Source: Acinetobacter phage 133
Length of the DNA: 64,000 nucleotides
Sequence record: HM114315.1
Strand: one strand, 5' to 3'
The translations under genes were made by a program, and so were the position numbers. The notes below the pieces were generated by a model. It was not told where the DNA came from and made no database searches. It was given only the letters and a program-made list of their open reading frames with translations. This document shows, piece by piece, positions 36,629 to 44,563 of the stretch; the first letter of the stretch is position 1; each line of letters begins with the position of its first letter.

Positions 36629-36986
36629 GGTGTAAAGTCATAGTAATTTTCATGTGTAAAGTTTCTGCGCCCTGCATGTTTGCGTTCGAGTTGGCCTTTT
36701 TAACGGGCTCCATAGATACGGATAAACGCGTCTTTTCTTCAGTCGTTAAATTGTTAACCAGATACGTCTTGAACTTCGTTTTGAATATATCCGGGTCGCC
36801 CTCATTTTGATGACCTTCGTATAAGTCAACATAATCGATCAGTTCAAACTTTTCTTTATACTGCACTAGACGGATTGAATTGCCTAGACCGTTAATAAAT
36901 GAGATAAAAGTCTGGTGAATTATACTTGTGTAATTAAACCCGTTTGGGTGTTTCGCAAGTTCTTCAAATAAATTGTTGCGTTTCAT
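36579..36986 (-). CDS. hypothetical protein (135 aa)
   Basis: Minus-strand ORF. Confidence 0.5.
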   Translation of the reverse strand: MKRNNLFEELAKHPNGFNYTSIIHQTFISFINGLGNSIRLVQYKEKFELIDYVDLYEGHQNEGDPDIFKTKFKTYLVNNLTTEEKTRLSVSMEPVKKANSNANMQGAETLHMKITMTLHRDPIAYGIESKVFNEL

Positions 36987-37327
36987 TAGTACATGTCCTC
37001 AGAATATAAAGTACCAGGTTGACCCGTAACACGACGAATTTGATTTGCATTCTTTGCAACTTCCCAGGCTTCTTCCCGTGTTAAGAAATCACGACGGTTT
37101 GATACAAAACCTTGATCCCAATCATGATAACGCACAAGTTCCCCAGACGGAGTGTGTGAACCAAAAATTTTATCTGTAATTTCGTAAAAGTCTGGAGACC
37201 CGTGACGCTTACACATAACCACAAGACCATCCGGGCTACGATTTGCTGCGCTAATAATAATCTCAGGTAACTCAATATAACCTGTACGTTCATTTACATC
37301 TTTAAGAGGTCGACCGGTCATTTGCAA
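36986..37327 (-). CDS. hypothetical protein (113 aa)
   Basis: Minus-strand ORF. Confidence 0.5.
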   Translation of the reverse strand: MQMTGRPLKDVNERTGYIELPEIIISAANRSPDGLVVMCKRHGSPDFYEITDKIFGSHTPSGELVRYHDWDQGFVSNRRDFLTREEAWEVAKNANQIRRVTGQPGTLYSEDMY

Positions 37328-37659
37328 TGCTCCTGTACAATATTCAAGTGTTTCAGTTTAAGATCCAAAAAGGAATCTCGTTGTACTTCGCCCGTAGAGA
37401 GGGCTTGCTGTTTACCATCGCGATTATACACAATTTTATATGTTACACCACGACCTTTAGAACGAATTTGAGGAAAAATCAAACATTGTCCTCGATCGCT
37501 AGCGATCATCATTTTTACAGATCGCGACACATACTCAGATTGGACTTTACCAGATAATGCATATTCGGGAACCTCATTACCATGGGCTGGACAAAATGCA
37601 CCGCCGATACCCAAAGCAAGAATAATACCAGTGCTGATAAGAAAACTACGAGGGCTCAC
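37318..37659 (-). CDS. secreted/periplasmic protein with N-terminal signal peptide (113 aa)
   Basis: MSPRSFLISTGIILALGIGGAFCPAHG. ATGA overlap with imm, as for T4 imm.1. Confidence 0.5.
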   Translation of the reverse strand: MSPRSFLISTGIILALGIGGAFCPAHGNEVPEYALSGKVQSEYVSRSVKMMIASDRGQCLIFPQIRSKGRGVTYKIVYNRDGKQQALSTGEVQRDSFLDLKLKHLNIVQEHCK

Positions 37660-37910
37660 ACAGATGCTCCCATTCCAAATAGCAATACCATAATTGCGAC
37701 TGCAATTGTCAACCCAGTAACAACAAGAAAGTTTTTAAAACTTGTGTTAAGCACGGCCATAATTAACGCTGCAAACCAACCCACAATAGTCCAACCAAGA
37801 CAAGTATTGATTAGAAAAATAATCATTGCTGGTGCAGCTTGGCCTTTCCAAGCAATAAAGGTTGGATAAAAATATACCAACACAAATAAAATACCGACAG
37901 TTAAAATCAT
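37656..37910 (-). CDS. imm: Imm-like superinfection immunity membrane protein
   Basis: 84-aa two-to-three-helix membrane protein immediately downstream of gene 43, matching T4 Imm (83 aa) in size, hydrophobicity and position. Confidence 0.55.
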   Translation of the reverse strand: MILTVGILFVLVYFYPTFIAWKGQAAPAMIIFLINTCLGWTIVGWFAALIMAVLNTSFKNFLVVTGLTIAVAIMVLLFGMGASV

Positions 37911-37925
37911 AGTTAAATTCCATAT

Positions 37926-37956
37926 GAATATGGCTCATTATAAACGAGCCATATTC
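37926..37956. promoter_or_regulatory. 11-bp perfect inverted repeat (GAATATGGCTC ... GAGCCATATTC) with a 9-nt loop containing a TATAAT-like sequence on the minus strand
   Basis: Lies between the gene 43B stop and the imm start. No U-tract follows, so it is probably a regulatory or processing hairpin rather than a terminator. Confidence 0.4.
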
Positions 37957-37973
37957 AATTGTACAACTTTATT

Positions 37974-39152
37974 TTAGAAGAAATCAAACATATCTGCCAA
38001 TGATGCACGATGTTCATAATGAATATCACATGCTGTACATAAAGCTTGCAATGGTTTAATGAATGATTTGGTGAATAGAGCAGGGTAATCAATTGCATCA
38101 ATTACGTCTTGTCGAATTTCCCGGGGCAATTCTGTTCCAGACGGCCATGCGATCGATTCAGAGTCAAACATATTGCCAGGTTGAAGAGGGAGTATCATTA
38201 CTTTTTCACCTTCACGAATTCGGACCATGCCTGGGAATCCGTCCGCGATTCGGTGATAGGCTAATACTGCTTTGATGTGGCCTGGGCATCCTTTAATTGG
38301 CAACCCCTTCGAGTCACTATATTTGGCAATATTATTGGCAGACGAAACTGATGCAATAGTTTTATAGTTCAATTGACGATACTCTTTTTCGTACTTCAGG
38401 AAGTATTCGTGCAATGAACTTTCACCTTCAATAAGCATCAGTCGAATTGACTCTTTTAATGCTTTTTGTACAGATTTTGGTGTGCTTGATTTCTGAGTTT
38501 CAAGGCCCATGATCTTAAGTTTAGGCTCAACAAAACGAACCCCTTCCATATCCCACACACAAAGAGCGTATCGTTTTTTCGCGGTCCAGAATCCACCCAA
38601 CCCGTGAGAACCGATTGGAGGACAAGCAATAGCTTCTCGGTCCATGAACATTAAATGTTCTCGGTTATTCATGTACTCGCATAGCTCACGATATCCTTTG
38701 TCAATGACTGGTTCCATGTTGTTCTTGCCAAATTTGTCCAGGAAGTCAACCAGCTTAGTTGTGGTGTCAAATTTGTCCATACCGAGTTTATTGATCAATA
38801 GTTCAACGTTTACATAGATAGAATCCGTATCACAATAGAAAACATACTCAAAGTTTGTGGTACCACATAATTGATTGAGATACTCATTTACTTTCCGGGC
38901 AATCCACTGAATAGCTACACGACCAAAGGTTGTAATGGCCGTTGCATTGCGCAGATCATACATACGGAAGTGAATGTTGCCCAGTGCACCGTATAATGAA
39001 TTTAATAAAATTTTTCGGTTCTGCTGGTTTGTGTCGCATTTTATTTCGTATCCATTACATTCAGCCAAGATGCGTTTAAGCTCTTCGTCCGTACATGTTT
39101 CAAGATACGCAATCTCGTCTTCATTAAATTTAATGCCGTAGTTTAATTCCAT
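37974..39152 (-). CDS. 43: DNA polymerase, C-terminal cistron (43B: fingers/palm/thumb)
   Basis: 392 aa from MELNYG (RBS GGAGACATA). Family B motifs KILLNSLYG (motif B) and YCDTDS (motif C). Colinear with T4 gp43 residues ~520-898. Confidence 0.9.
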   Translation of the reverse strand: MELNYGIKFNEDEIAYLETCTDEELKRILAECNGYEIKCDTNQQNRKILLNSLYGALGNIHFRMYDLRNATAITTFGRVAIQWIARKVNEYLNQLCGTTNFEYVFYCDTDSIYVNVELLINKLGMDKFDTTTKLVDFLDKFGKNNMEPVIDKGYRELCEYMNNREHLMFMDREAIACPPIGSHGLGGFWTAKKRYALCVWDMEGVRFVEPKLKIMGLETQKSSTPKSVQKALKESIRLMLIEGESSLHEYFLKYEKEYRQLNYKTIASVSSANNIAKYSDSKGLPIKGCPGHIKAVLAYHRIADGFPGMVRIREGEKVMILPLQPGNMFDSESIAWPSGTELPREIRQDVIDAIDYPALFTKSFIKPLQALCTACDIHYEHRASLADMFDFF

Positions 39153-39162
39153 TATGTCTCCA

Positions 39163-39195
39163 AAAATAAAAAGGACCACTAAGGTCCTTAATTAT
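39163..39195 (-). terminator. terminator hairpin (AAGGACC-ACTAA-GGTCCTT after A-tract) immediately upstream of 43B
   Basis: 7-bp perfect stem preceded by AAAAATAAAA on the plus strand. Confidence 0.5.
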
Positions 39196-39206
39196 ATCAA
39201 ATATGA

Positions 39207-39512
39207 CTAAAGCATACGGGCCGGCATATAAGGTGTATTTTTAGCACCTTTTACAGGAACCATAATGCGATCTTCAGACAACATTGTTCTGCACTTTTTA
39301 CACATTGTAATAGTTTCAACTTCAAACATTCGAGACGTTTGAGCATTGCGTTTACTCGCTTGAGTAAAATATGCCTTATGGTTAAATCCCGTGTTTTCAT
39401 ATTTGCCAGTGTATACCCCACGAGTCATTGGATCATGCTCGCAACGAAGTTTAAGTACAATTAATAAACGTTGAATCATTTTCTGTAAAAATTTCATAAT
39501 AAATTCCTTCAT
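39207..39512 (-). CDS. small Cys-containing hypothetical protein (101 aa, possible zinc ribbon)
   Basis: C..H.. and CKKC pairs. Last ORF of the gene 43 insertion. Confidence 0.45.
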   Translation of the reverse strand: MKEFIMKFLQKMIQRLLIVLKLRCEHDPMTRGVYTGKYENTGFNHKAYFTQASKRNAQTSRMFEVETITMCKKCRTMLSEDRIMVPVKGAKNTPYMPARML

Positions 39513-39583
39513 TGGTTTCGTTCATTGTATATTATATTATAGCTTAAGTACATCTATTTAAATTAACCCATCATTGGACACAA

Positions 39584-40321
39584 TCATAATTCCAATTTCC
39601 CGGCAAATTGGGCAATAGGTAGCCACTCTGTTTCTGATTCTTCATCATCTGCCCATGCAAATAATAATTGATCTACAGGACGCGGTGGTTGAGGGCTATG
39701 ACGGATTACATTGACCCATAGTTGCATAGATCCAGACGGCCCTTGCACAATTTCACTAATTGGATACCCTTGAAATAATTCTAAACCTTTATCATCCGTA
39801 ATATGGCGCACCATCACGCCAATTAAGGGATGAATAGGTTTCAAAGGCTTTCCCTCGGGTAAATCATCTAATTGGTACACAATGATGTCCAAATTCGGCG
39901 TTACTTCATTGATGATTTGTTCAATTACAGCCCAGTCACCACCTGCAATTCCAGCACCAATTTTTGGGATACCTACTTCAGGTCGACCTACTATAATGGA
40001 TGGTAAAATGAGGTCTAATTTTGTGAATAATGCGCGAATTGCGGTGTACAGATATTTAGGATCTGCTCGGCCTGGATTAAATTGTGTGTACCCGTTAACA
40101 ATTTTTCCATATGGTGTTTCGGCAAGCGTATATCCACCCCGTTTATCTCGACCATATTGGGTCAGCTTGTCAGCATCATACGCAACTGGAAATTGCTTTG
40201 CAATAGCCGCAGCGATACCAGCGCCCATAGTATGGAAGCAATTGCATCCATGCACAATAGCATCAAATTTACGCTCGCGGAAAGCGTCAAGTAAATCACC
40301 TTTTACGTATTGAGTAATCAT
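39584..40321 (-). CDS. macro-domain (ADP-ribose binding/processing) protein
   Basis: 245 aa from MITQYVKGDLLDAF. DAIVHGCNCFHTMGAGIAAAIAKQFP resembles the macro-domain signature VNAAN..L..GGGV.GAI. TAATG coupling with the upstream ORF. Confidence 0.65.
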   Translation of the reverse strand: MITQYVKGDLLDAFRERKFDAIVHGCNCFHTMGAGIAAAIAKQFPVAYDADKLTQYGRDKRGGYTLAETPYGKIVNGYTQFNPGRADPKYLYTAIRALFTKLDLILPSIIVGRPEVGIPKIGAGIAGGDWAVIEQIINEVTPNLDIIVYQLDDLPEGKPLKPIHPLIGVMVRHITDDKGLELFQGYPISEIVQGPSGSMQLWVNVIRHSPQPPRPVDQLLFAWADDEESETEWLPIAQFAGKLEL

Positions 40322-40623
40322 TATTTCTCCTCCGAATAAATGATGCATTGCATGAAAGTATGATAGTCCAAATACACGGTGTCGAGTCCGTCATCACAGT
40401 CAGCCCAAGCAAAATTCAAATAACAATCATCAAATACTTTGCCATCGTTGGTGTAAATTTTCAATCGAGGTGACATATTAGTATCAAAATATGAACGGAC
40501 CTCAACAACATGGCCTGTGATTTCAGGATGAGTTTTATGTTGGTATATTACACCAATTAACGGGTGTAATATAGTAGAGGGCCAGTTAGTCGTACCCTCT
40601 AAAATAGGTAAATGTGGAATCAT
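40321..40623 (-). CDS. hypothetical protein (100 aa), third gene of the coupled cassette
   Basis: ATGA overlap upstream, TAATG overlap downstream. Confidence 0.5.
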   Translation of the reverse strand: MIPHLPILEGTTNWPSTILHPLIGVIYQHKTHPEITGHVVEVRSYFDTNMSPRLKIYTNDGKVFDDCYLNFAWADCDDGLDTVYLDYHTFMQCIIYSEEK

Positions 40624-40904
40624 ATTTGCACTCCAAAGAAAGCAGTTAATACTTTAAACGGACGATTCAACGCCTGGTCAGTTAATAGACTATCGGTAGC
40701 CACCATGGTTACCAATTCAGGGCCGCCGTTTGGGCATTGAACATCAAGTGAAACTTTTAAATTACGTACAATATCATCAATTGTTCCACGGTGATTAGGC
40801 ATGGTATTCAACGCTTGATCAATAACCGGGTGTAATTCAACAACAAAACCATCTAGTCCAGGTTGGATAATCATTGGACCAACCATAATGTTAAACTGAT
40901 GCAT
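40620..40904 (-). CDS. hypothetical protein (94 aa), second gene of the coupled cassette
   Basis: Start set at MHQFNIMVGP. The ORF track's 154-aa form has an L/R-rich wrong-frame-like N-terminal extension. Start overlaps the stop of the 74-aa ORF (ATGCATCAGTTTAA). Confidence 0.5.
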   Translation of the reverse strand: MHQFNIMVGPMIIQPGLDGFVVELHPVIDQALNTMPNHRGTIDDIVRNLKVSLDVQCPNGGPELVTMVATDSLLTDQALNRPFKVLTAFFGVQI

Positions 40905-41115
40905 GTTCTTTCTCCGAATAGAAAGTATCAATTTTTTGCGTAACCTCATCCATTGATGCCGCGTCAAATGACGGATGATCAATAAGTGGGCAATACGCTT
41001 CCCAAGAAGTTTCAACCATACCACACCCACATTGGCATGAGCTAGCTGAAGAGGAGAGGTGATACTCGCGGTAAACGATTTCACCCTTTTCTACTGAAAT
41101 TGTAATCTGGCGCAT
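40891..41115 (-). CDS. small Cys-rich protein (74 aa, CQCGCG...C), first gene of the coupled cassette
   Basis: Protein-like composition in the overlap region. Preceded by an early-type promoter. Confidence 0.45.
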   Translation of the reverse strand: MRQITISVEKGEIVYREYHLSSSASSCQCGCGMVETSWEAYCPLIDHPSFDAASMDEVTQKIDTFYSEKEHASV

Positions 41116-41144
41116 GTTAATCTCGCGTTTGTTGACATGGAAGA

Positions 41145-41174
41145 ATATTAAACCAATAAAAATATTTTGTAAAC
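41145..41174 (-). promoter_or_regulatory. T4 early-type (sigma70) promoter: -35 GTTTAC, 18-nt spacer, -10 TAATAT (minus strand)
   Basis: GTTTAC matches the T4 early -35 consensus. It lies between the upstream terminator and the first cassette gene. Confidence 0.4.
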
Positions 41175-41182
41175 CCTAAAAC

Positions 41183-41204
41183 GAAAAAAGGTCCCGAAGG
41201 ACCA
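41183..41204 (-). terminator. terminator hairpin (GGTCC-CGAA-GGACC after A-tract)
   Basis: Perfect 5-bp GC stem preceded by AAAAAA on the plus strand. Confidence 0.45.
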
Positions 41205-41210
41205 TAAACC

Positions 41211-41531
41211 CTAGTTGTACTCTTTCTCGTCTACGTAAAACTCGATATCATGCATAATCCCATCGACAGTAACAACACCGGTTTCAAAATTAACATCCTT
41301 GACAAGAAATTTTACACGCCATGGATCAATTGTCCATCCAAATGGAGCTTTGCGATACGGACAAACATAATGTGCATTTGTAATTGTTTTGATTCCATCT
41401 TTAGTATTGATTTGGATTCCAGGGGCTCCAACGAATTGAACTACCCAACGTTCAGAAATGGTGTTACGAATGAAATCGTTATCCGTTGTCAATTTAACTT
41501 TTGATGAATCGAAAGAACTAACTTTAGCCAT
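41211..41531 (-). CDS. hypothetical protein (106 aa)
   Basis: Minus-strand ORF within the gene 43 insertion. Confidence 0.5.
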   Translation of the reverse strand: MAKVSSFDSSKVKLTTDNDFIRNTISERWVVQFVGAPGIQINTKDGIKTITNAHYVCPYRKAPFGWTIDPWRVKFLVKDVNFETGVVTVDGIMHDIEFYVDEKEYN

Positions 41532-41541
41532 ATCAGTTTAC

Positions 41542-41835
41542 TCATTTTGTTGCATGATTTGATAGAAACTCGTTACGAGCAGCGTTTTGCAAGTCGCGTA
41601 CGAATTGAGTTTTTTGATCTATATCATCCCAACGAACACCATATTGCAGATACCCTTTTTCATCCAGCATCTGGTTGATGCTGGCAATGATCTTTGCTGG
41701 CACTCGGACGCCATTATTAGGACCCAGTGAAAAACAACGGTTATTTTTTAAGGTGAAAATAAGACTAGGAAGCACGATAATTGCACGCATATTATTTCTC
41801 CACAGAAGTGTCAACAGGACGAACAGAATCAACAT
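41542..41835 (-). CDS. hypothetical protein (82-97 aa)
   Basis: Minus-strand ORF; the start may be the internal MRAII. Confidence 0.4.
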   Translation of the reverse strand: MLILFVLLTLLWRNNMRAIIVLPSLIFTLKNNRCFSLGPNNGVRVPAKIIASINQMLDEKGYLQYGVRWDDIDQKTQFVRDLQNAARNEFLSNHATK

Positions 41836-42073
41836 AAACCAGGTTTGCAGTTAGTGCTTTCAGTTCAAGGTCTAAGTTAAAAATAGTAGTGTCATTAATT
41901 GGTTCACCGATGTAACGGTGTAAGGCCGATTCGATATTTGCAACAACTTGTTTATTTGCAAGACGGTCAGCATGGTGAATATCCATTTTAATTGGGCATC
42001 CAGCTTGTACTGTAATTTTTACCATGCCGTAATCAAGAACAATTGGTTGTGTAGCAGATTGGATCAATTTCAT
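41792..42073 (-). CDS. hypothetical protein (93 aa), first ORF after 43A
   Basis: ATGA overlap with the 43A stop. Confidence 0.5.
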   Translation of the reverse strand: MKLIQSATQPIVLDYGMVKITVQAGCPIKMDIHHADRLANKQVVANIESALHRYIGEPINDTTIFNLDLELKALTANLVYVDSVRPVDTSVEK

Positions 42074-43590
42074 TTTTTACGTCTCGCAAGTATTGATTTA
42101 ATTACCTCGGCATTTTGTTCTGCCGTGATCATTTTTTTCTTCCATTCTTTACGCTGTACAAACATTTTAGTGGTTTCAATAGGAATGATTCCCTCTAAAA
42201 CTTTATCGTACATCATACCGTTTGGAGCACAACTAAATTCGGAGCTAGGTCTTGGAGCAGTCTTATCAATATACTGTTCCTGCGTACCGGGGCTAAACAT
42301 ACCACGAATTGTTTCGGGGCTAATATTGACCTGGCGAATAATGCTCGGGTACAAACTTGTTAAGTCAAAGCTCATCACATATTTTTGAAGACTTGGTGGA
42401 ATCTCTTTAACAAACGCACCAGGGAACTTCTGTTTAATGTGGCTTTGTGACTCAGGCAATACTACCTTGGTTTCTTTAAGCGAATTGAATAAAATCGCAT
42501 CCCATGTTTTTACCGGCGAAAGTACCGATCCAATGTTGATCTTAGCGTAATACGCCAAAGCAAGAGACAAGTCAATGAATCCGCGCTTTTTATCAATCAT
42601 CTGTACACAGTACACATCAATGATGTTATAGCTGATGTAACGTTGGTGGTTGGTCTCACGGAGTTTGTTAATAGGACCATCATACTCTAATTTTGAGACA
42701 TCTGTCTCCGCTTCAGAAATATAATCCAATGAATATGACGGTTGAGTCGTAAAGCCGAACTTTTTGTACAAGTCCATATAGTCAAGCACGTTAATTCCAG
42801 CAATGGTGAATAACTCGGCTTCATTATCATACTTATCCCGCATGACTTTTGAAGTTACACGACCAAAAGGTGACATACGCTTGACGAATGTCTGACCCAG
42901 CACATTCTTGATGCGGTTCATCACATATGGAATATCGAACTTGTCACAGTTCCAACCGGTCAACACCGCAGGAGGTTTCTGCTCAAATAAGTTGATATAC
43001 TCAAGCAATAATTCTCGTTCATTGTCAAATGGCATATAGACAACACGATCTAAAATGTGTTGAGGTACCATGTCCCCGCCTTCAGCTTCGGCCTTAGCCG
43101 CTATTTTCGCGCACCATTGATCCACAGTGGCCGATGTACTATGAGTTAAGTCAAATACATAGTAAGCATCATCAATTGAGTCATAATGTGTTATGGCATC
43201 AATCTCGTACACTGCAAGCATTGGTTCAGGGAAGTCAATACCGGTTACCTCGATGTCAAAATAAACAGTGCGGATTTTGGACTTATCGAATTCAACGTCG
43301 TCCTTGTAGATATCGCTGATATACGCCAGACGAAAGTCGTCCATGCCCATAATTTCAACGATGCCTTTTGTCTCGCGCATCCACTGTCGACAAGATGAAA
43401 TCCCATCAAACTTACGAGGTTTAGCATACTTTCCATAGATGTCTTTGTATTCAGACTCATCTTGGGTATGTACGAACATTGTTGGACCATAGTTAACCGA
43501 TCGAATTTGATCCTGTCCATCCACATCAATGTAACGCTCTAAAATTTCACCCCGATTGATGTCAACGTTAATATAAAATTCAGGTTTCAT
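42070..43590 (-). CDS. 43: DNA polymerase, N-terminal cistron (43A: N-terminal and 3'-5' exonuclease domains)
   Basis: 506 aa from MKPEFYINVD (RBS GGAG). Colinear with T4 gp43 1-~500: Exo I FDIEV, DAITHYDSIDD, NIIDV, YISYNIIDV, SFDLTSLYPSIIRQVNISPETIRG. Ends at a stop, after which unrelated ORFs follow. Confidence 0.9.
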   Translation of the reverse strand: MKPEFYINVDINRGEILERYIDVDGQDQIRSVNYGPTMFVHTQDESEYKDIYGKYAKPRKFDGISSCRQWMRETKGIVEIMGMDDFRLAYISDIYKDDVEFDKSKIRTVYFDIEVTGIDFPEPMLAVYEIDAITHYDSIDDAYYVFDLTHSTSATVDQWCAKIAAKAEAEGGDMVPQHILDRVVYMPFDNERELLLEYINLFEQKPPAVLTGWNCDKFDIPYVMNRIKNVLGQTFVKRMSPFGRVTSKVMRDKYDNEAELFTIAGINVLDYMDLYKKFGFTTQPSYSLDYISEAETDVSKLEYDGPINKLRETNHQRYISYNIIDVYCVQMIDKKRGFIDLSLALAYYAKINIGSVLSPVKTWDAILFNSLKETKVVLPESQSHIKQKFPGAFVKEIPPSLQKYVMSFDLTSLYPSIIRQVNISPETIRGMFSPGTQEQYIDKTAPRPSSEFSCAPNGMMYDKVLEGIIPIETTKMFVQRKEWKKKMITAEQNAEVIKSILARRKK

Positions 43591-43645
43591 CAATTTCTCC
43601 AAAAAGCATCAGAACTAATTTTAACATTTAGCCCTGATGCAAATG

Positions 43646-44002
43646 TCATTTGCCAATTGTATACTTTGGAACTAATTTCCATTCTGCTTTTTGAGAGTGT
43701 TTAATAATACGGAAGTTATTGGTTGGTACCAAGTCAGTCTGGGTTTCAATCTGGCATAAATCCCAAGACTCAAGCATTGTTGCGATAGATAAAGTACGTA
43801 CTTTATCTTCTTCGGTAATATCAGTTGGTTTACCATCAAGCTTCAAGAGGTCTTTGAAGTGTGCAATATAATAGCGGCCTTGCTTTTGCAAAATGTGGCA
43901 ACTTTGGTACAATACTTTGTCACGGCTATTGGCAATGCCCATGCGAGTTAGGGTTTCTTTAATCTGTAAGAATGCACCTTGATGTGGAGTAATTTCAATC
44001 AT
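43646..44002 (-). CDS. regA: RegA translational repressor
   Basis: 118 aa, near-colinear with T4 RegA (MIEIT..., KETLTRMGIAN..DKVLYQSCHILQK.G.YYI.HFK, EWKLVPKYTIG). Confidence 0.92.
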   Translation of the reverse strand: MIEITPHQGAFLQIKETLTRMGIANSRDKVLYQSCHILQKQGRYYIAHFKDLLKLDGKPTDITEEDKVRTLSIATMLESWDLCQIETQTDLVPTNNFRIIKHSQKAEWKLVPKYTIGK

Positions 44003-44562
44003 ACTAATTTCCTTAACTCTTTTTGAGTTTTTACATTTTTGGTGATGGTTTTTAAAAACGCATCAGTTACATAAGAAGAACAACGTTTCAGGTCAGACTC
44101 AAGACGGCCATTCTTTGTAAGAATTGTTTTGTACATTTTGGCATCGAGTTCATTGATATCATATAACAACATCAATAAGCGAATGACAAAGGTTTCTTTA
44201 ACGTCTTCATCAAGCTTGGCTTTAGATGCATATCGCTTGCCATGAGGAACTGCGTGCAGAAGATATCTAAAATGATCCTGGTCGCGCAATGTCTTGATAC
44301 CCAGGTTTGCCATATAGGCAGGATACAATGCGTCTGTATGGAGAGATAAGAGCTCAGTAATTAAGAACTTTGAATATGAGTCATCAACCATACGATGCTG
44401 CTTAAGATGATTAATCGCATTTAAATTTGCGAATAACTCAGACTCAGCAGATTCTTTATAGGAATCTGCTAGCTCTTTAACTTTTGCCCAATCTTTATCT
44501 TCCCATGCTATTTGATGCTCATTTAATTCGGGAGCTTGGATAAGATCAGTCAATAAGAACAT
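43999..44562 (-). CDS. 62: clamp loader small subunit
   Basis: 187 aa, same length as T4 gp62. ATGA overlap with regA, in the conserved position between gene 44 and regA. Confidence 0.8.
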   Translation of the reverse strand: MFLLTDLIQAPELNEHQIAWEDKDWAKVKELADSYKESAESELFANLNAINHLKQHRMVDDSYSKFLITELLSLHTDALYPAYMANLGIKTLRDQDHFRYLLHAVPHGKRYASKAKLDEDVKETFVIRLLMLLYDINELDAKMYKTILTKNGRLESDLKRCSSYVTDAFLKTITKNVKTQKELRKLV

Positions 44563-44563
44563 A

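Noticed and set aside
40620-41084. 154-aa form of the ORF given in the six-frame track
   Set aside because: The first 60 residues are Leu/Arg-rich and overlap a better, protein-like 74-aa ORF in another frame. The real start is the internal Met at 40904, which forms a typical overlapping stop/start junction.
37974-43590. Intein or self-splicing intron as the explanation for the interrupted gene 43
   Set aside because: The intervening 2.9 kb is not in frame and contains stop codons in all frames, two terminator hairpins, a promoter and eight ORFs with their own RBSs. 43A ends at a genuine stop and 43B has its own Met and RBS. This is a split gene, not protein or RNA splicing.
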